DNA of 64,000 nt from Octopus bimaculoides (Eukaryota): NCBI RefSeq assembly GCF_001194135.2, contig NC_068982.1:169620318-169684317 (forward strand), read 5' to 3'. A program made the translations under genes and the position numbers. How positions within the stretch are numbered: the stretch's first letter is position 1; the number at the start of each line of letters is the position of its first letter. The notes beneath the pieces were generated by a model that saw only the letters and a list, made by a program, of their open reading frames with translations, did no database searches and was not told where the DNA came from. Positions 13,133 through 29,528 of the stretch are shown piece after piece.

Positions 13133-13412
13133 GACGGGTATATAGCGTAGTGATTACGAGTACGGGCTACTAAACCCAAGATTCCGAGTTCGATTCCAAG
13201 CAGTGACCTGAATAATAATAATAATGATGATGATGATGATAATAATAATAATAATAATAATAACATCGAGAATACCTTAGGAATGAGACCCAAGTACGAA
13301 ATTTCCCCAAGACACCTGATGAAGGCTGGAGGGTATATCAACCGAAGCGTTGTGTTAACAACAAACAAAAAATGAGGACAAATATCCGTCAAATGTAAAT
13401 AATGTAAATAAT
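13133..13412 (+). mobile_element. Solo Penelope terminal repeat / SINE-like unit: tRNA-like head + (AAT)n + hammerhead-bearing tail
   Basis: Colinear with 15321-15562 on the minus strand. A-box-like tagcgtagtgat (13143-13154), B-box gttcgattcc (13188-13197), (aat/gat)n, then ccccaagacacctgatgaaggctggagggtatatcaaccgaagcgttgtgtt. Confidence 0.85.
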
Positions 13413-15320
13413 GAAAATGTACTTTATTTCATTCCATAGTAAAGACTTTGAGACGGAAATATGAGAAGAACAGATAACAACTTTGAACGTAGAAAAAGTG
13501 GGCAGTGTACAAAAAGGAGTATAATTTTCAAAGATGTTTCCTATAAAGACTGCTACTTTACACAATCTCATTAAGACTTTACACAATCTCAAAAATCAAA
13601 CACTTCAGAAATAATACAATTTCAAAAGAAATGATTAATTTCAGGTTTCTGTATACGGAACTTGCAAAAATTTTTAACTTTTCAAAATAAGCAAGGAATT
13701 TCTACGGCCGCTGATAGCCATTATTACTCGTTGAATGCACGAACGCAAAGGCGTCGGACTGCATGATAACTAATACTGACTTTCTGTTTAACACGATAGA
13801 GGCCAATAGAATAAGCACTAACATTATATTGTGGTCAATTTAGTCTTCGTCTAGTATATGTGGTACTGTGCGAGGGTAAGAAAAAATAATGATGAAGGCA
13901 TGGATTATACAGTTTTGGTGCATTGAAATATTATTTTCGTTTGTTCAAATCGTGTGAATTATGCACGCCAGACTACAGGTGAGCTCTATTTCTCTGGTAG
14001 CAAAATTTGTGTTTATTGACTGTGTTCTAGTTACACTTTGATGGAACCCAAAAGTACATTATGGCAGGATTTCAAGAAGAAATAAAAGATCAATACAAAG
14101 TTATATATATATATATATATATACTCAACTAGTTAAACAGTTTCCTGCCTCAGCACTTCTAGCAGTAGTTGTATATCGATAGTTATCTGAAGACTGTTCA
14201 GCTATCGTCATGACAAAACCTGCTACCACCCATATAACGTTTGATCCATTTCCAGCGGTAAGTAGTATCAAGAAACAAAAGCCTATATCATCAGTAGAAT
14301 CCTCAAAACCTACTTAGGACCAGTTATGCCACATTAGAGGTAACTAAATCGTTACATTTATTACAATTCTATAAATTTTTTCAATGAAATAAAATTTCCT
14401 TTGAAATACTGTTCTGTTAGAAGAATTGTGACACATTTTCGGAGACACTTATACAAGGAGATCAATATAATCGTTTGAATTTCAATTTCCTTTTGCATAG
14501 ATGTTTCCGAAAACATCCGTTGGTCGCTTTTATCTTACAATACTGCTTCGGGAGTTGTTTCGACTCATTTTAGGGTTGAGAATCGATTGCATGTATGATT
14601 GTTCTTGTGCAAGAAGGTCTTGCGTGTATATGCAAGTGTGAATATCTATGTTATATTCGAATGGTTTATATAATGAGATATAAGACGCGTGCACGCGTGC
14701 AAAGACGTGCATCTATATAATGCATACATACGTACACACACACACACACACACACATACATACATACATACTTACATACATATATACATATATGCAAACA
14801 AAAATATGCATCCACGCATACATTACCCATACACACATATATATCACATATACATGCATATATGTATGTATATACATGTATTTATATACACACACACACA
14901 CACATATATATATNNNNNNNNNNNNNNNNNNNNNNNNNNNNNNNNNNNNNNNNNNNNNNNNNNNNNNNNNNNNNNNNNNNNNNNNNNNNNNNNNNNNNNN
15001 NNNNNNNNNNNNNNNNNNNNNNNNNNNNNNNNNNNNNNNNNNNNNNNNNNNNNNNNNNNNNNNNNNNNNNNNNNNNNNNNNNNNNNNNNNNNNNNNNNNN
15101 NNNNNNNNNNNNNNNNNNNGATATAAACTGATTTCTTTCTTTGTTCTATTTAGGATTGCTTTACTAACAACTGTGTCTAGGTCGTTTTATGCAAAATTTA
15201 TGGGTATACTTTGGGTCGAGTTCTCGAATGTAATGAACATCGTTTTTTTTTTCTTTGCAGAGTGATTTCGGTTTCCTTCGATTTTCAGGTTTTTACAATA
15301 AATTGCATTTCTGTATTGAT

Positions 15321-16670
15321 AGTTCTATATTTAAGAGATTAGGAATTATGTACATTATTTACAATTGACGGATATTTGTCCTCATCTTGTTTGTTGTTAA
15401 CACAACGTTTCGGCTGAAAAACCCTCCAGCCTTCATCAGGTGTCTTGGGGAAATTTCGAACCTGAGTTCTCATTCCTAAGGTTTTTTCGATGTTGTTATT
15501 ATTATTATTCAGGTCAGTGCCTGGAATCGAACTCTTAACCAGTATGCCATATGCCCGTGGGCAATTTTGGAGTGAATTTTAGGGCTTATAAATTTAATAT
15601 TTTTCTATCCTTCCTTAATACTGGTTCCCATATGCTGTTCATATCTGCACTCGGTCTGTTTAAGAGGTTGTGTCCTAGCATATGTGCTGCTTCTTTTAGT
15701 TTTCGTATTTTCCAATGGTGATCTCTGTCTATTATTTTAACTTCATACCACAAGGGGAGGTGGTCTCCATTTTTCCATACCTGATCAGCTATACCCGATT
15801 TATGAATATCTCCCCGTGTCACAGCTTTGCGATATTACTGTATCCTTATTTTGAGGGGGCGATATGTTTCACCTTTGTATAACCTACCACAGCTGCATGG
15901 GATGGAGTACACGCAGTTCTTAGTCATATTCTCTTCTATTGGTGGTTTTACTCGAAGGAGATATTTGCGAAGTGTTGTATTACTCTTGAATACTGTCCTG
16001 ATGTCATATGGACTGCATATCTTTTGTATCTTTTCGGAGAGGCCTTTCACATAGGGTAAACAGACTGTGGACAGTTTATCGGTTTCATCTTGTCTTTTCT
16101 TCATAATTGGAGAGGAGACTATGCTTTTGGAGTAGTTGTTGCTTAATAGATTGTGACTGAGCTTGATCATTTCTGCGTGGTGGGTATCACGATCGCTACT
16201 TATATTCTTTGCACGATGTTTTAGGCACTGAGCAATCCCTCTCTTTACACTGTATGGATGGTGGGAGTTGAAGTTGAGGTATCGCCCAGTGAAGGTCGGC
16301 TTGCGGTATACGGATGTCCTGAATCCATACTTGGTGCGTGTTATTAATACGTCCAGGAATGCCAGCTGATTGTCTTCTTCTTTTTCCATTGTGAACTGTA
16401 TGAATGGCGTTATTGAGTTCACATGATCTAACAGCACTTGGACATCTTCCTGGTGGGGCCAGAGTATGAAGGTGTCATCAACATATCGCAGCTATAGGGT
16501 TGGATTTAGTGGTGCTGATCCTAAAGCCAAATTCTCAAAGTATTCTATGTATATATTGGCTATTATCAATGATAATGGCGAACCCATAGCTAAACCCTCT
16601 TCTTGTCAATATATATCAGTGCCCAATACTGAAGTAAGTATTTTGTTTTATCATGATGTTGTGCATTGAT
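15321..16670 (-). mobile_element. Penelope-like element, 5'-truncated, RT + GIY-YIG + 3' terminal repeat
   Basis: QEEGLAMGSP, RYVDDTF (YVDD at 16474-16485), IQFTMEKE..LAFLDV..VYRKPTFTGRYLNFNSHHP, CLPYVKGLSE, GIY-YIG region NCVYSIPCSCGRLYKGET..HKSGIAD..LKEA. The ORF remnant ends at 15586. Confidence 0.95.
15399..15446 (-). ncRNA. Minimal type I hammerhead ribozyme (Penelope-type)
   Basis: The minus strand reads aagacac-CUGAUGA-aggcug-gagggUuuuu-cagcc-GAAAC-GUU-guguu. Stem I is gacac/guguu, stem II is ggcug/cagcc, and the palindromic ACGU gives a dimer-type stem III. Self-cleavage activity is inferred. Confidence 0.75.
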
Positions 16671-16774
16671 TTGACATGTCTCGTTTATTATATGGTTTTA
16701 ATTACATTTAAAGAAAAATAAAAGACAGATAGATCACGACTAGAACATCTTTGACAATACAATATCTCTTACTA

Positions 16775-17140
16775 ATAAGGCAGTGACCTGGCAGAACCAT
16801 TAGCACGCTGGCCGAAATGCTTAGCGGTATTTCGTCTGTCTTTACGTTCTGAGTTCAAATTCCGGCGAGGTTGACTTTGCCTTTCATCCTTTCGGGGTCG
16901 ATAAATTAAGTACCAGTTACGTACTGGGGTCGATCTAATCGACTGGCCCCCTCCCTTAAAATTTCGGGCCTTGTTCCTAGAGTAGAAGAATTTTTCTAAC
17001 AGAAACATTAGAACGTAAGACATAATACTGTATTTTTTCGGTTTTCTGCATACCGAGTTCAAATCCCACCAAAGTTAATTCCGCCCTTCATCCTTTCATG
17101 GTCAATAATCTAAAGAGCCATTTCATGGCGGTGGATTAAT
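16775..17140 (+). mobile_element. Family A SINE (near full-length 16775-17000) plus fragment
   Basis: ctggcagaaccattagcacgc..gagttcaaattcc..gttgactttgcctttcatcctttcggggtcgataaattaagtaccagtt..tagagtagaaga. Confidence 0.9.
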
Positions 17141-17144
17141 GGTC

Positions 17145-17560
17145 CTTAACGTATTGGACCTGATACCTTGTAGCGTTTGTTATGGCTGTTTGAGTTCTGA
17201 ATTCTTGGAGTGTGGTTATCTTGGGTGGTGTAAGACCACCTCCTTGATATTTGGGTGCTTTTAGCACGCTTCACCCAATTGCCGCTATTCAAGATAAGGC
17301 TTGGTGTTTGATTTGGGGATAAATTCCTCTCATCTTACTACCAGTCTAGAAGGCCCCCGAAAAAATATAAGGTCATGAGCGCAGCCCATATCCCTCCTTA
17401 GTAAAATTATTAAAAAAAAATTGATAGATTCAACTAAACTCTCTTGAAATATCATACTTCTGAAGACGCATATGGCCAAGAGAGTTCAGTAATCTGTCTA
17501 CAGTTTTCACAAACATGGATTCATTATAGAGTACGTCTGCTTCTTTTCAATCAACAATGA
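17145..17560 (-). mobile_element. Possible RTE-clade LINE 3' fragment
   Basis: Weak minus-strand resemblance to RTE C-terminal sequence (..ELKQP/TA..); heavily decayed. Confidence 0.3.
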
Positions 17561-18249
17561 TTAGAAAACTGATATTATGTATAATTTTTCAGAATTAATT
17601 GCCGATGACTTGGAAAAAGCTGATTGAAATATTAATGATGCTTTTTGGAAAGCTTATTTCTCTCACAACATTGCGAGTACGTGGGCAGTGGGGCACAACT
17701 CAACATCGTTTCGACCAGAGGCAGCCTGGAAGTATGTTGTATGTATACCGTGTGAAGTTTCTTTTTCAAAGTTTCACAGTCATAATAAATTAGATGAAGT
17801 TAATCCCAGTAGAAAACAAAGATAAAAAAAAGGTTAAAAAGCTAACATTGCAGAAGTATCTTATACAATGAGCTCACACATTTTAAGAAGCTCTGTTTTA
17901 CAACAACGTTATAAAATGATGTCCAATGGTTACCCTTCGGTTGTGTAGTCAAAAGTTTTTAAAGAAAGCAGCTTTATAATAATGTTGACCCAGGGTTACT
18001 ATTGATGTTATGGCAGTATTGTAGTTGACTTTATTTATAACGATGCTATGTTGCTATTATAGAAGTAAAACAGAACTATTAGTGGATACCTCTTCAGCTG
18101 AAACCCACCAAAGGGTTTCATTGTATCTTTAAACAATACGCTTAATTCTACAGGCTCCAGCTCATCCAACTGTTGGGAAAGGTATCGGAATTGCTAGGAA
18201 TATTAGCCTGCAAGAGAATGGTTTCCTATTAAGGTGAAATTATGTGGCA

Positions 18250-22000
<3,751 letters not shown>

Positions 22001-24489
22001 CCTATGTGTCTAGTAGATGGTGCAGTGTCTTGGTGGTTCGATGAATAAAGTTAGGAGGCTTTTTGCGCTCAGTGGCCTCCTTCAGAATTCAATAGGTTTG
22101 ATCAAACATTGATGGAAATTTCAAAATACAAACAGTGAAGCAGATGATTTCATCCTTTGAGGGGAAGGGGAATAAAGCCATGTGTGAATTAATGATGGCT
22201 GCTTCGATAGAGTACAGGCCAAAGCGATAATGAGATATCAAACGTAAAGTTTTTCGTTATCTGTTTTTAGATTTTCAGGTAAGGCTGGAATTATAATTGT
22301 TATATTGGCCACAAAATCGCAATGATTTCAAGACATCTAAATGCATCAGCAATGAATTCCCATTTCCAGGTTTACCATTACACTAAGAAATGCACTCGAA
22401 AATACTTTCTAAATCAACAATAGACAAACAGGTATCATACAGGATTCCCTTGGAATACATACAGAGAAACCTACCTTTAATACATAGATAACACAGATTA
22501 GATATAACTTTTATTTTTTGAAATAACATATGCATTTAGATATAAGCAAGACAATACAGCAAATAAATTATTCAATTGATATGAACATTAAAACGACTAT
22601 ACATATATACATACTTACACACACACTCACACACACACGTATTTATATATATATATATATGTATGTATATATAAATATATATATGTATATATATATATAA
22701 ATAGATATAGATATATATGTGTATATACATACATGTATGTATCTATATATAATTATATATATATATATATAAATATATATATATACACACACACAGACAC
22801 ACACATTCACACACACATATATGTAATTACTATTTAGATGCATATTCACATTTATCTAATTCTCTATCTAATCTGTCAGTCTATCTTTCTATACATCATT
22901 TTGTCTCTGTTTCTCTTTCTCTCTGCACAGTGACATGCGTATATCTATGGGAGAGAAGAAGCATTAAAGATTTCCTCTCTATTCCATGACATTACATTTA
23001 CATTATTTTCAAGAAATCGTTAAAAGAATGCATGGAATTCAATATAATTCCTAAATAAGATTATTAAATTGTTATTTGGAATATTTTTTTTTCGCTTATT
23101 GAAATTAATATTATTTCAAATTGTAAGAACGTTCTTTCTTTATTTTCTTTGAAACATTAAAGTTACAGCAGTCGCAAATATGTAGATAACTAGATATAAA
23201 GATATATGGATAAGGAGAAAAATATGTAGGCATGGGGATATAAATAGATAAATTGATGAATTTATCTATGCACTTATGAATCTATCTATATTTCTATCGC
23301 TCGTCATATATATATNNNNNNNNNNNNNNNNNNNNNNNNNNNNNNNNNNNNNNNNNNNNNNNNNNNNNNNNNNNNNNNNNNNNNNNNNNNNNNNNNNNNN
23401 NNNNNNNNNNNNNNNNNNNNNNNNNNNNNNNNNNNNNNNNNNNNNNNNTATATATATATATATATATATATATTCACAATAACAGTAATAAAGAAATAAA
23501 GAAAGAGAACTCAATACTGTAAAGTAGGATAGCTATTCAATTTGGTCGAATGAAAACAATGCCGGTGGCTACGTGTAGTTTCCTTACGCGACAGTTTAGC
23601 GTATTTCATCAGACAGTCATGCTGGAATAAAATTCAAGGTAATTACAAATAATGTTAAAAGAAGATAACACAAATCTCGTTTTGATCTCGCATCGTTACG
23701 AGCATTAGAGACATTAAAGCAAGCTTTCTATATAGATCAAAGGAATTCATCCTTGAGAGATCGAACGGAAATAATCTGCATCCAAAGCCTGCATATAAAG
23801 ACAAGGTGATACCAAAATATCCAATACGCAATGCTAGATTAAATTCTAAAGGAAGATATGGAACGATGACGGACTGGAGAACGGTTAGAAGGGTAAGTGC
23901 CGCACTGGTATTACTGCAAGTATCGTTCTCAGAAATCGTATATTCGCTCGCCATTCATAAACTGTAATGATGTTGGCAGGTAAATGGCGATGCAAATTAC
24001 CTACATGAAATGTTGAATCGATACAGGGACTTTACTAAACTAGGAACAGAGCAATTTAATGTATGACCTTGTGACAAGCTTCCTCTTATGTTTATTGACT
24101 ATTTATAACATACACATAGCATTAGGTGCAGCAATTTTTATGTTACCAGTGAGAAATACGAAAATAAGACAGAACGATAAAAACATAACAAAGGCCAAAA
24201 TATCCAGCAACATAAGCAGTATACGATGTATACTTTTGTAGGCTTGTCTCTTGTCTTAGAGAGTAGCATGCCTCTGCTTTGCAGACTGAGCCTAATGTTT
24301 TGAAAAGTAGATGTGTATAATATATGGACTCCTGTAACTTGATATATAATTAATGTCATCGCATTTGTGGATACAAAAATAGTGTTTTTGAATTTATAAA
24401 ATACTCGGTTTTAATTCAAGGGCACACGCACCATGATAATTCTGAAACCGCATTAGTATTTAAAAAAATCCCAAATTATTCATAAGGTG

Positions 24490-24628
24490 CAGGCATAGTA
24501 GTGTGGTAAGAGCATGCTTCCCAACCATATTGTTCCGGGTTCAGTACCACTGTGTAGTACCTTCTACAAAAGCCACAGGTCGATCAAAGCCTTGTGAGTG
24601 GATATGTGAGAAACTAAAAGAAGCCCGT

Positions 24629-24667
<39 letters not shown>

Positions 24668-24713
24668 TATAGTTTTAGGGAAAATAACCAATTTTCAAGA
24701 ACTNNNNNNNNNN

Positions 24714-24757
<44 letters not shown>

Positions 24758-24970
24758 TGTGTCTCCTCACTACCGCTTGACACCCGGTCTTGGTTGCTTA
24801 TGTCCCTATAACTTAGCGATTCGGCAAAAGAACTGATAGAATGAGAACCAGCCTTAACAAAATTAAGTACTGAGGTCGATTCATTCGACTAATAAATTCT
24901 TCGTGGAGGTGCTCCGGCATGGCTGCAGTCTAATGACTGAAGCAAGTAAAAGATAAACGATAAAAGATAA
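24490..24970 (+). mobile_element. Bipartite SINE family B: tRNA-like head, internal (TA)/(TG)n, LINE-derived tail
   Basis: Head gcaggcatagtagtgtggtaagagcatgcttcccaacc..gggttcagtacc (24490-24630); tail 24760-24970 ends ggtgctccggcatggctgcagtc..taaaagata. A 10-N gap (24704-24713) lies between the two parts. Confidence 0.75.
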
Positions 24971-25369
24971 GGAATACCTATAATTTCTGGTATAAGTTCC
25001 AAAAGTCTAATTTAGAATCCGGTTAAATTGGGCGTAGTCATGATCGTAAAAAGTGCCTTCCAGTAATTAGTTACGTTATGTTCCGTTAAGTTCAGTTTTC
25101 AAATCCTGTTAATACTAAATGTCATCTCCATTGATGCTGAGTCGAAAATTAAGCACTTTCAAGAATTTACATGGATAAAAATTTGTGACATACTGTCTGT
25201 TTCAAAAAATATTAAGAATAACAACATTAAAGGAAACGTGTCTTTCCAAAACAGGTTGTGTGCTACTTGTAGCTGGTATGAAATTCTCAATCTCTAACCA
25301 TTTTTCGAACCATATTTCATTTGACTGAGATCATCTAAACGGTAACATGACAACATGTTTGCAGTATCA

Positions 25370-26290
25370 TATGTGATCTTCATATCTAGAGACCGGAAGA
25401 GATCACTCGTCTGTGATTCTTGTCCGGTTTAGCGGAACTTATGTCTTTGGTATTCTACTCACGAACTGCCGTGTTTCGGAAATGTTCCACAATGATATTC
25501 CTAGCAGGGATCTTTTCATGTGTCGCTGTCAGACGTTATTCTTCTTTCTTCGTAGCAGACCATGTCTCATTTGCGTATGAAAGCGTCGGATGGACAGTGC
25601 TGTTGAAGATATTAGCACGCAGGCTGCTTTGAACACATGTTTAATCGAAGCAAACATTTTCCACTCTGCTCTTACTCTGCACGAGATTTCAACTGTCTGT
25701 TCCAAGATGTACTCTTTCACTTCCCCAATTTCATTGCTTTTCACTGCTGTTTACCTTGTATTACGTTTTCGAACGATATGCATTTCGTCCGCAAGTGATT
25801 TAATTTGAGGCCCGCTGCTGTACACTGAATATCCAGTGTTGTCGACATGGTTTGCCGTTGATCTGAGATTTCTACAGAGAGCACGTTGTTATCTGCGAAT
25901 CAGAGGTGTGTTAACGGCTTATCATTGATGCTGATACTTCTTTTCCCATCAATGTATCTGATGATCATTCCGAAACATGCAATGATGCGTTTTGGAGAGA
26001 TGCTATCATCTTATTTAACGCTCTTTCCGATTGGAACACTTAGGAATGCAGCAGAGTTATATCGGTTGTGCATCCTGAGTTCTCGTACCTGATCCTTTTA
26101 ATGTATTGTGCCTGGACTACTTGCATTTTCAGGAAACCTCAGCTCTTGAGTCAACTCGACGTTATCAAAGATAACGATCAAGTGACTTTATCAAAGGCAA
26201 CGCTAAAGTGAATATGTGGCATACTCTGCTGTTCTTCAGGCAACATCCTTCCTCTCTTCGCTCTTGGTCGTCAAAATGTTTCGATAGACT
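25370..26290 (-). mobile_element. RTE-clade LINE RT fragment
   Basis: Minus-strand pieces: ..FADNNVL (decayed FADDIVL), GEVKEYI, EISCRVRAEWKMFASIK, IFNSTVHPTLSYANETWS. Confidence 0.8.
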
Positions 26291-26340
26291 GCATACATAC
26301 ATACATACATACATACATACATACATACATACATACATAC

Positions 26341-28036
26341 AATGTTGTTATATGGTTGTGAAAAAGGGGAAAACTATAAACCAGACTAGTAACATCTTCA
26401 CCAATGACTTGTCTATTTCCCCTTATCTGACGAGGAATGTTACAGGTATCTAGTGGTGGATGAAAATATATCTTACAATAGCACCTGTAACAAACATGTG
26501 TCACTAAAGAATATTATAGCCGAATAAAGAAAAAAATTAAAATCTCAGAACTCCCAGCATTCAATAAAACAGTGGCCCACAATGTGTTTGCAGTGCCAGT
26601 ACTCATATCAACATTTGAGCTGTTTGATTGGACGCTTGATGAGATCCGAGCCATTAATGTGAAAACCCGAAAAATACTAACAAGCACGCAAAATTTCCAT
26701 ATAAACAGTGACGTAGACCGCTTCTACCTAATGCGAAAACAAGGCGGCAGAGGTTTAACATCGATCCAAAATGCCTTTGAATGTTACATTATATCCCTTC
26801 GACATCTTTTAACCACCAAGTGTTGAAGTGCATCTCCTGACCAAGTTTGCATACATGAGGCTGATAACATCATAAGACTTGGAAGGCAGCTCCTTGAGCA
26901 ACACTCTTTGATAACCTAGAATACATGTCCAAAAAGTCGCGCGACTCTACCGCAACATATCATCAGATGAAAGGATGAGCATATTTGAGCAGAAGATTAT
27001 GCATGGATATGTTATAAGAAAGCTCTGTGATGATAGTAACATGATTATCAAAGCAGTTTATCATGGACCAATAGCCAGATTATTACCTCCCACTTTGAAA
27101 GGTATTTGTTTGCAATCCAGGAACAGGAAATATCAACCAAGTATCTGATGCACAAAAGGGATAGAGATGCAGGAAAAGCCGTTAAACGTGACAACTGATG
27201 CAAACTTTGTGGAGTTCACAGTGAAGATATCACCCACATCGTAAGCAGTTGTCCGAAAACGTCATCACGGTATTATATACCGATGAGACATGATGTAGCT
27301 AGGACGCTCTATAATGAAATCCGTCGGAAGGCTAATCCTGAGGACAAAGAAATGAGAACCCACAATATGGTAGAAGCCATAGCCACTCATAAAAAAGGGA
27401 ATACTGGTGGAATGTACCAGTGAAGACCCCAATGAAATGCAAGCACAATAGTCTTGATATAATGATTTGGGATAGAGAAGAGAAACTGTGCACAGTTGTG
27501 GAAATTAGCTTCCCAACGAATTTTAGCATAAAGCTGAAGATCAGTGAAAAAGAGAACATCTATGCTGAACTATTGAGAAAACTGCAGTTACTCTATCCAA
27601 ATTGCAAGATCAGTTTTATACTTGTAATTATTGGGGCCCTGGGATATGTAACACACTGCCTAAATACCAATCTTGAGAAATTAGGCTTCACTAACGCAGA
27701 AAAGAGAAAGCGAATTCGAAGAGTACAGATCCAATCCATCACTGGAACTGTAAAAATCTGTAAAACTTTCCGGAAGTTTATCATTTAAATATATAGGAGT
27801 ATGCTTAGATATGCAACTATATGCATGAGAATACATACATACATCATAAAAATCTGCACATACATACATACATATATACATACATACATATATACATACA
27901 TACATACATACATACATACATACATACATACATACATACAAAGTACCCAGCTCTTGATGTCGAAATTCCAATGAAGGAGCCTTTATAACCGGTTCTTTCT
28001 CTATTGGCAAGAAATTTTGAAATAAACCGAATAATG
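26341..28036 (+). mobile_element. R4/Dong-type (RLE) non-LTR retrotransposon, 5'-truncated, copy 1
   Basis: AHNVFAVPVL..DWTLDEIRAINVKTRKILT..SDVDRFYLMRKQGGRGL; CCHC CKLCGVHSEDITHIVSSC; decayed PD-(D/E)xK region LDIMIWDREEKLCTVVEISFP. Both flanks are (CATA)n. Confidence 0.9.
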
Positions 28037-28133
28037 ACATATGTACATATATACATGCATGCACACATACATACATACATACATACATACATACATACAT
28101 ACATACATACATACATACATACATACACACATA

Positions 28134-28480
28134 CTGGGATATGTAACACACTGCCTAAATATCAATCTTGAGAAATTAGGTTTCTCAAAACCACACAGGA
28201 GAAAGCTAATTCGAAGACTACAGATCCAATCCAATCACTGGAACTGTAAAAATCTGTAAAACTTTCCGGAAGTTTATCATTTAAATATATATGAGTATGT
28301 CTAGGTATGCAAGTATATGCATCAGAAGACATACATAAAACAAAACAAACCTGCACGTATATATACATACAAAAATACCCTGTTGTTGATGTTGAAATTC
28401 CAATGAAGGAGCCTTGGATCTAGGTTTGAAACCGGCTCTTTCTCTATTGGCAAAAAATATTGAAATAAAACTGAATAATG
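28134..28480 (+). mobile_element. R4/Dong-type 3' fragment, copy 2
   Basis: LGYVTHCLNINLEKLGF.. is near-identical to 27638-27788, and it has the same 3' UTR ending ctgaataatg. Flanked by (CATA)n. Confidence 0.9.
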
Positions 28481-28517
28481 GCATACATATATAATACATA
28501 CATGCATACATCCATAC

Positions 28518-29040
28518 GCTAAAAAGACTGTCCTGAAATAAACTTAGAAAATCATTCATAAACACCAACTCAAGGAATACTGGTGGAATATTCATTCCTA
28601 TCAAAACTTCTGTCAAATGTAGGCTTAACAGGCAGGATATTGTTGTTTGGAATAGAGAGGCAAAGGAATGTACCATCATAGAGGTTAACTACCCTGCAGA
28701 TATCTCTGAAAAAATCAAAGAAAAAAAAGATATCCATGGATAACTGCTTCGAAACTCTCAGCTTCTATATATCCAGACAATAAATTCATATTCATACCAA
28801 TAATAATTGGCGTACTGGGCCTTATTAGTAAATGCTTAAAGGAGAATCTGGATAAACTTGGATTTTCAGAAAGAGAAATTGACCGGTTGATTCGTACATC
28901 TGTGAGCGGAACAGTAAAAATATGAACGAATTTTCTCAAGTTCCACATGTAAATTTGTCTGCGTTAACTACATCCCAAAGATGGAGCCTTGCATCTTTGT
29001 TGGAAACCGGCTCCCTCCTCAGTGGAAGATTTATAATAAT
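28518..29040 (+). mobile_element. R4/Dong-type 3' fragment, copy 3 (more divergent subfamily)
   Basis: EYWWNIPI.., DIVVWNREAKECTIIEVNYP, FIPIIIGVLG..ENLDKLGF..SGTVKI..FLKF; the 3' hairpin ggagcc..ggctcc is conserved. Confidence 0.8.
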
Positions 29041-29273
29041 TAAAAAATAGAAGAGGCATACATATACGCCAGCCTGCATGCCAACCTACTTATGTATATA
29101 TCAAGCTATCAATATATTCTTCTATCTGTCTATATAATCACAGCTACATACTCATCCATCATATCTATCTATCTATCTATCTATCTATCCCCCTCTCTTT
29201 CACTTTCTCTCTCTCTCTATATATATACACATACATATAAATAAATATATATATATATACATGCATGCATATT

Positions 29274-29329
<56 letters not shown>

Positions 29330-29469
29330 CATACATACAAACAAACATACATACATATATAGACTCCCGCCTGCCTACCTACCTACCTACCTACCTACTT
29401 ATATATGTATCTACCTATCAATGTATTCCTCTGTCTATCTATATATACAAATCTATCTATCTACCCATC

Positions 29470-29528
<59 letters not shown>

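Noticed and set aside
13140-13205. tRNA gene
   Set aside because: It is the head of the Penelope repeat unit; there is no clean cloverleaf or anticodon.
22271-22278. 8-nt microexon (tttttag|attttcag|gtaagg)
   Set aside because: The motif is short enough to occur by chance in AT-rich DNA, and there is no supporting frame or partner exon.
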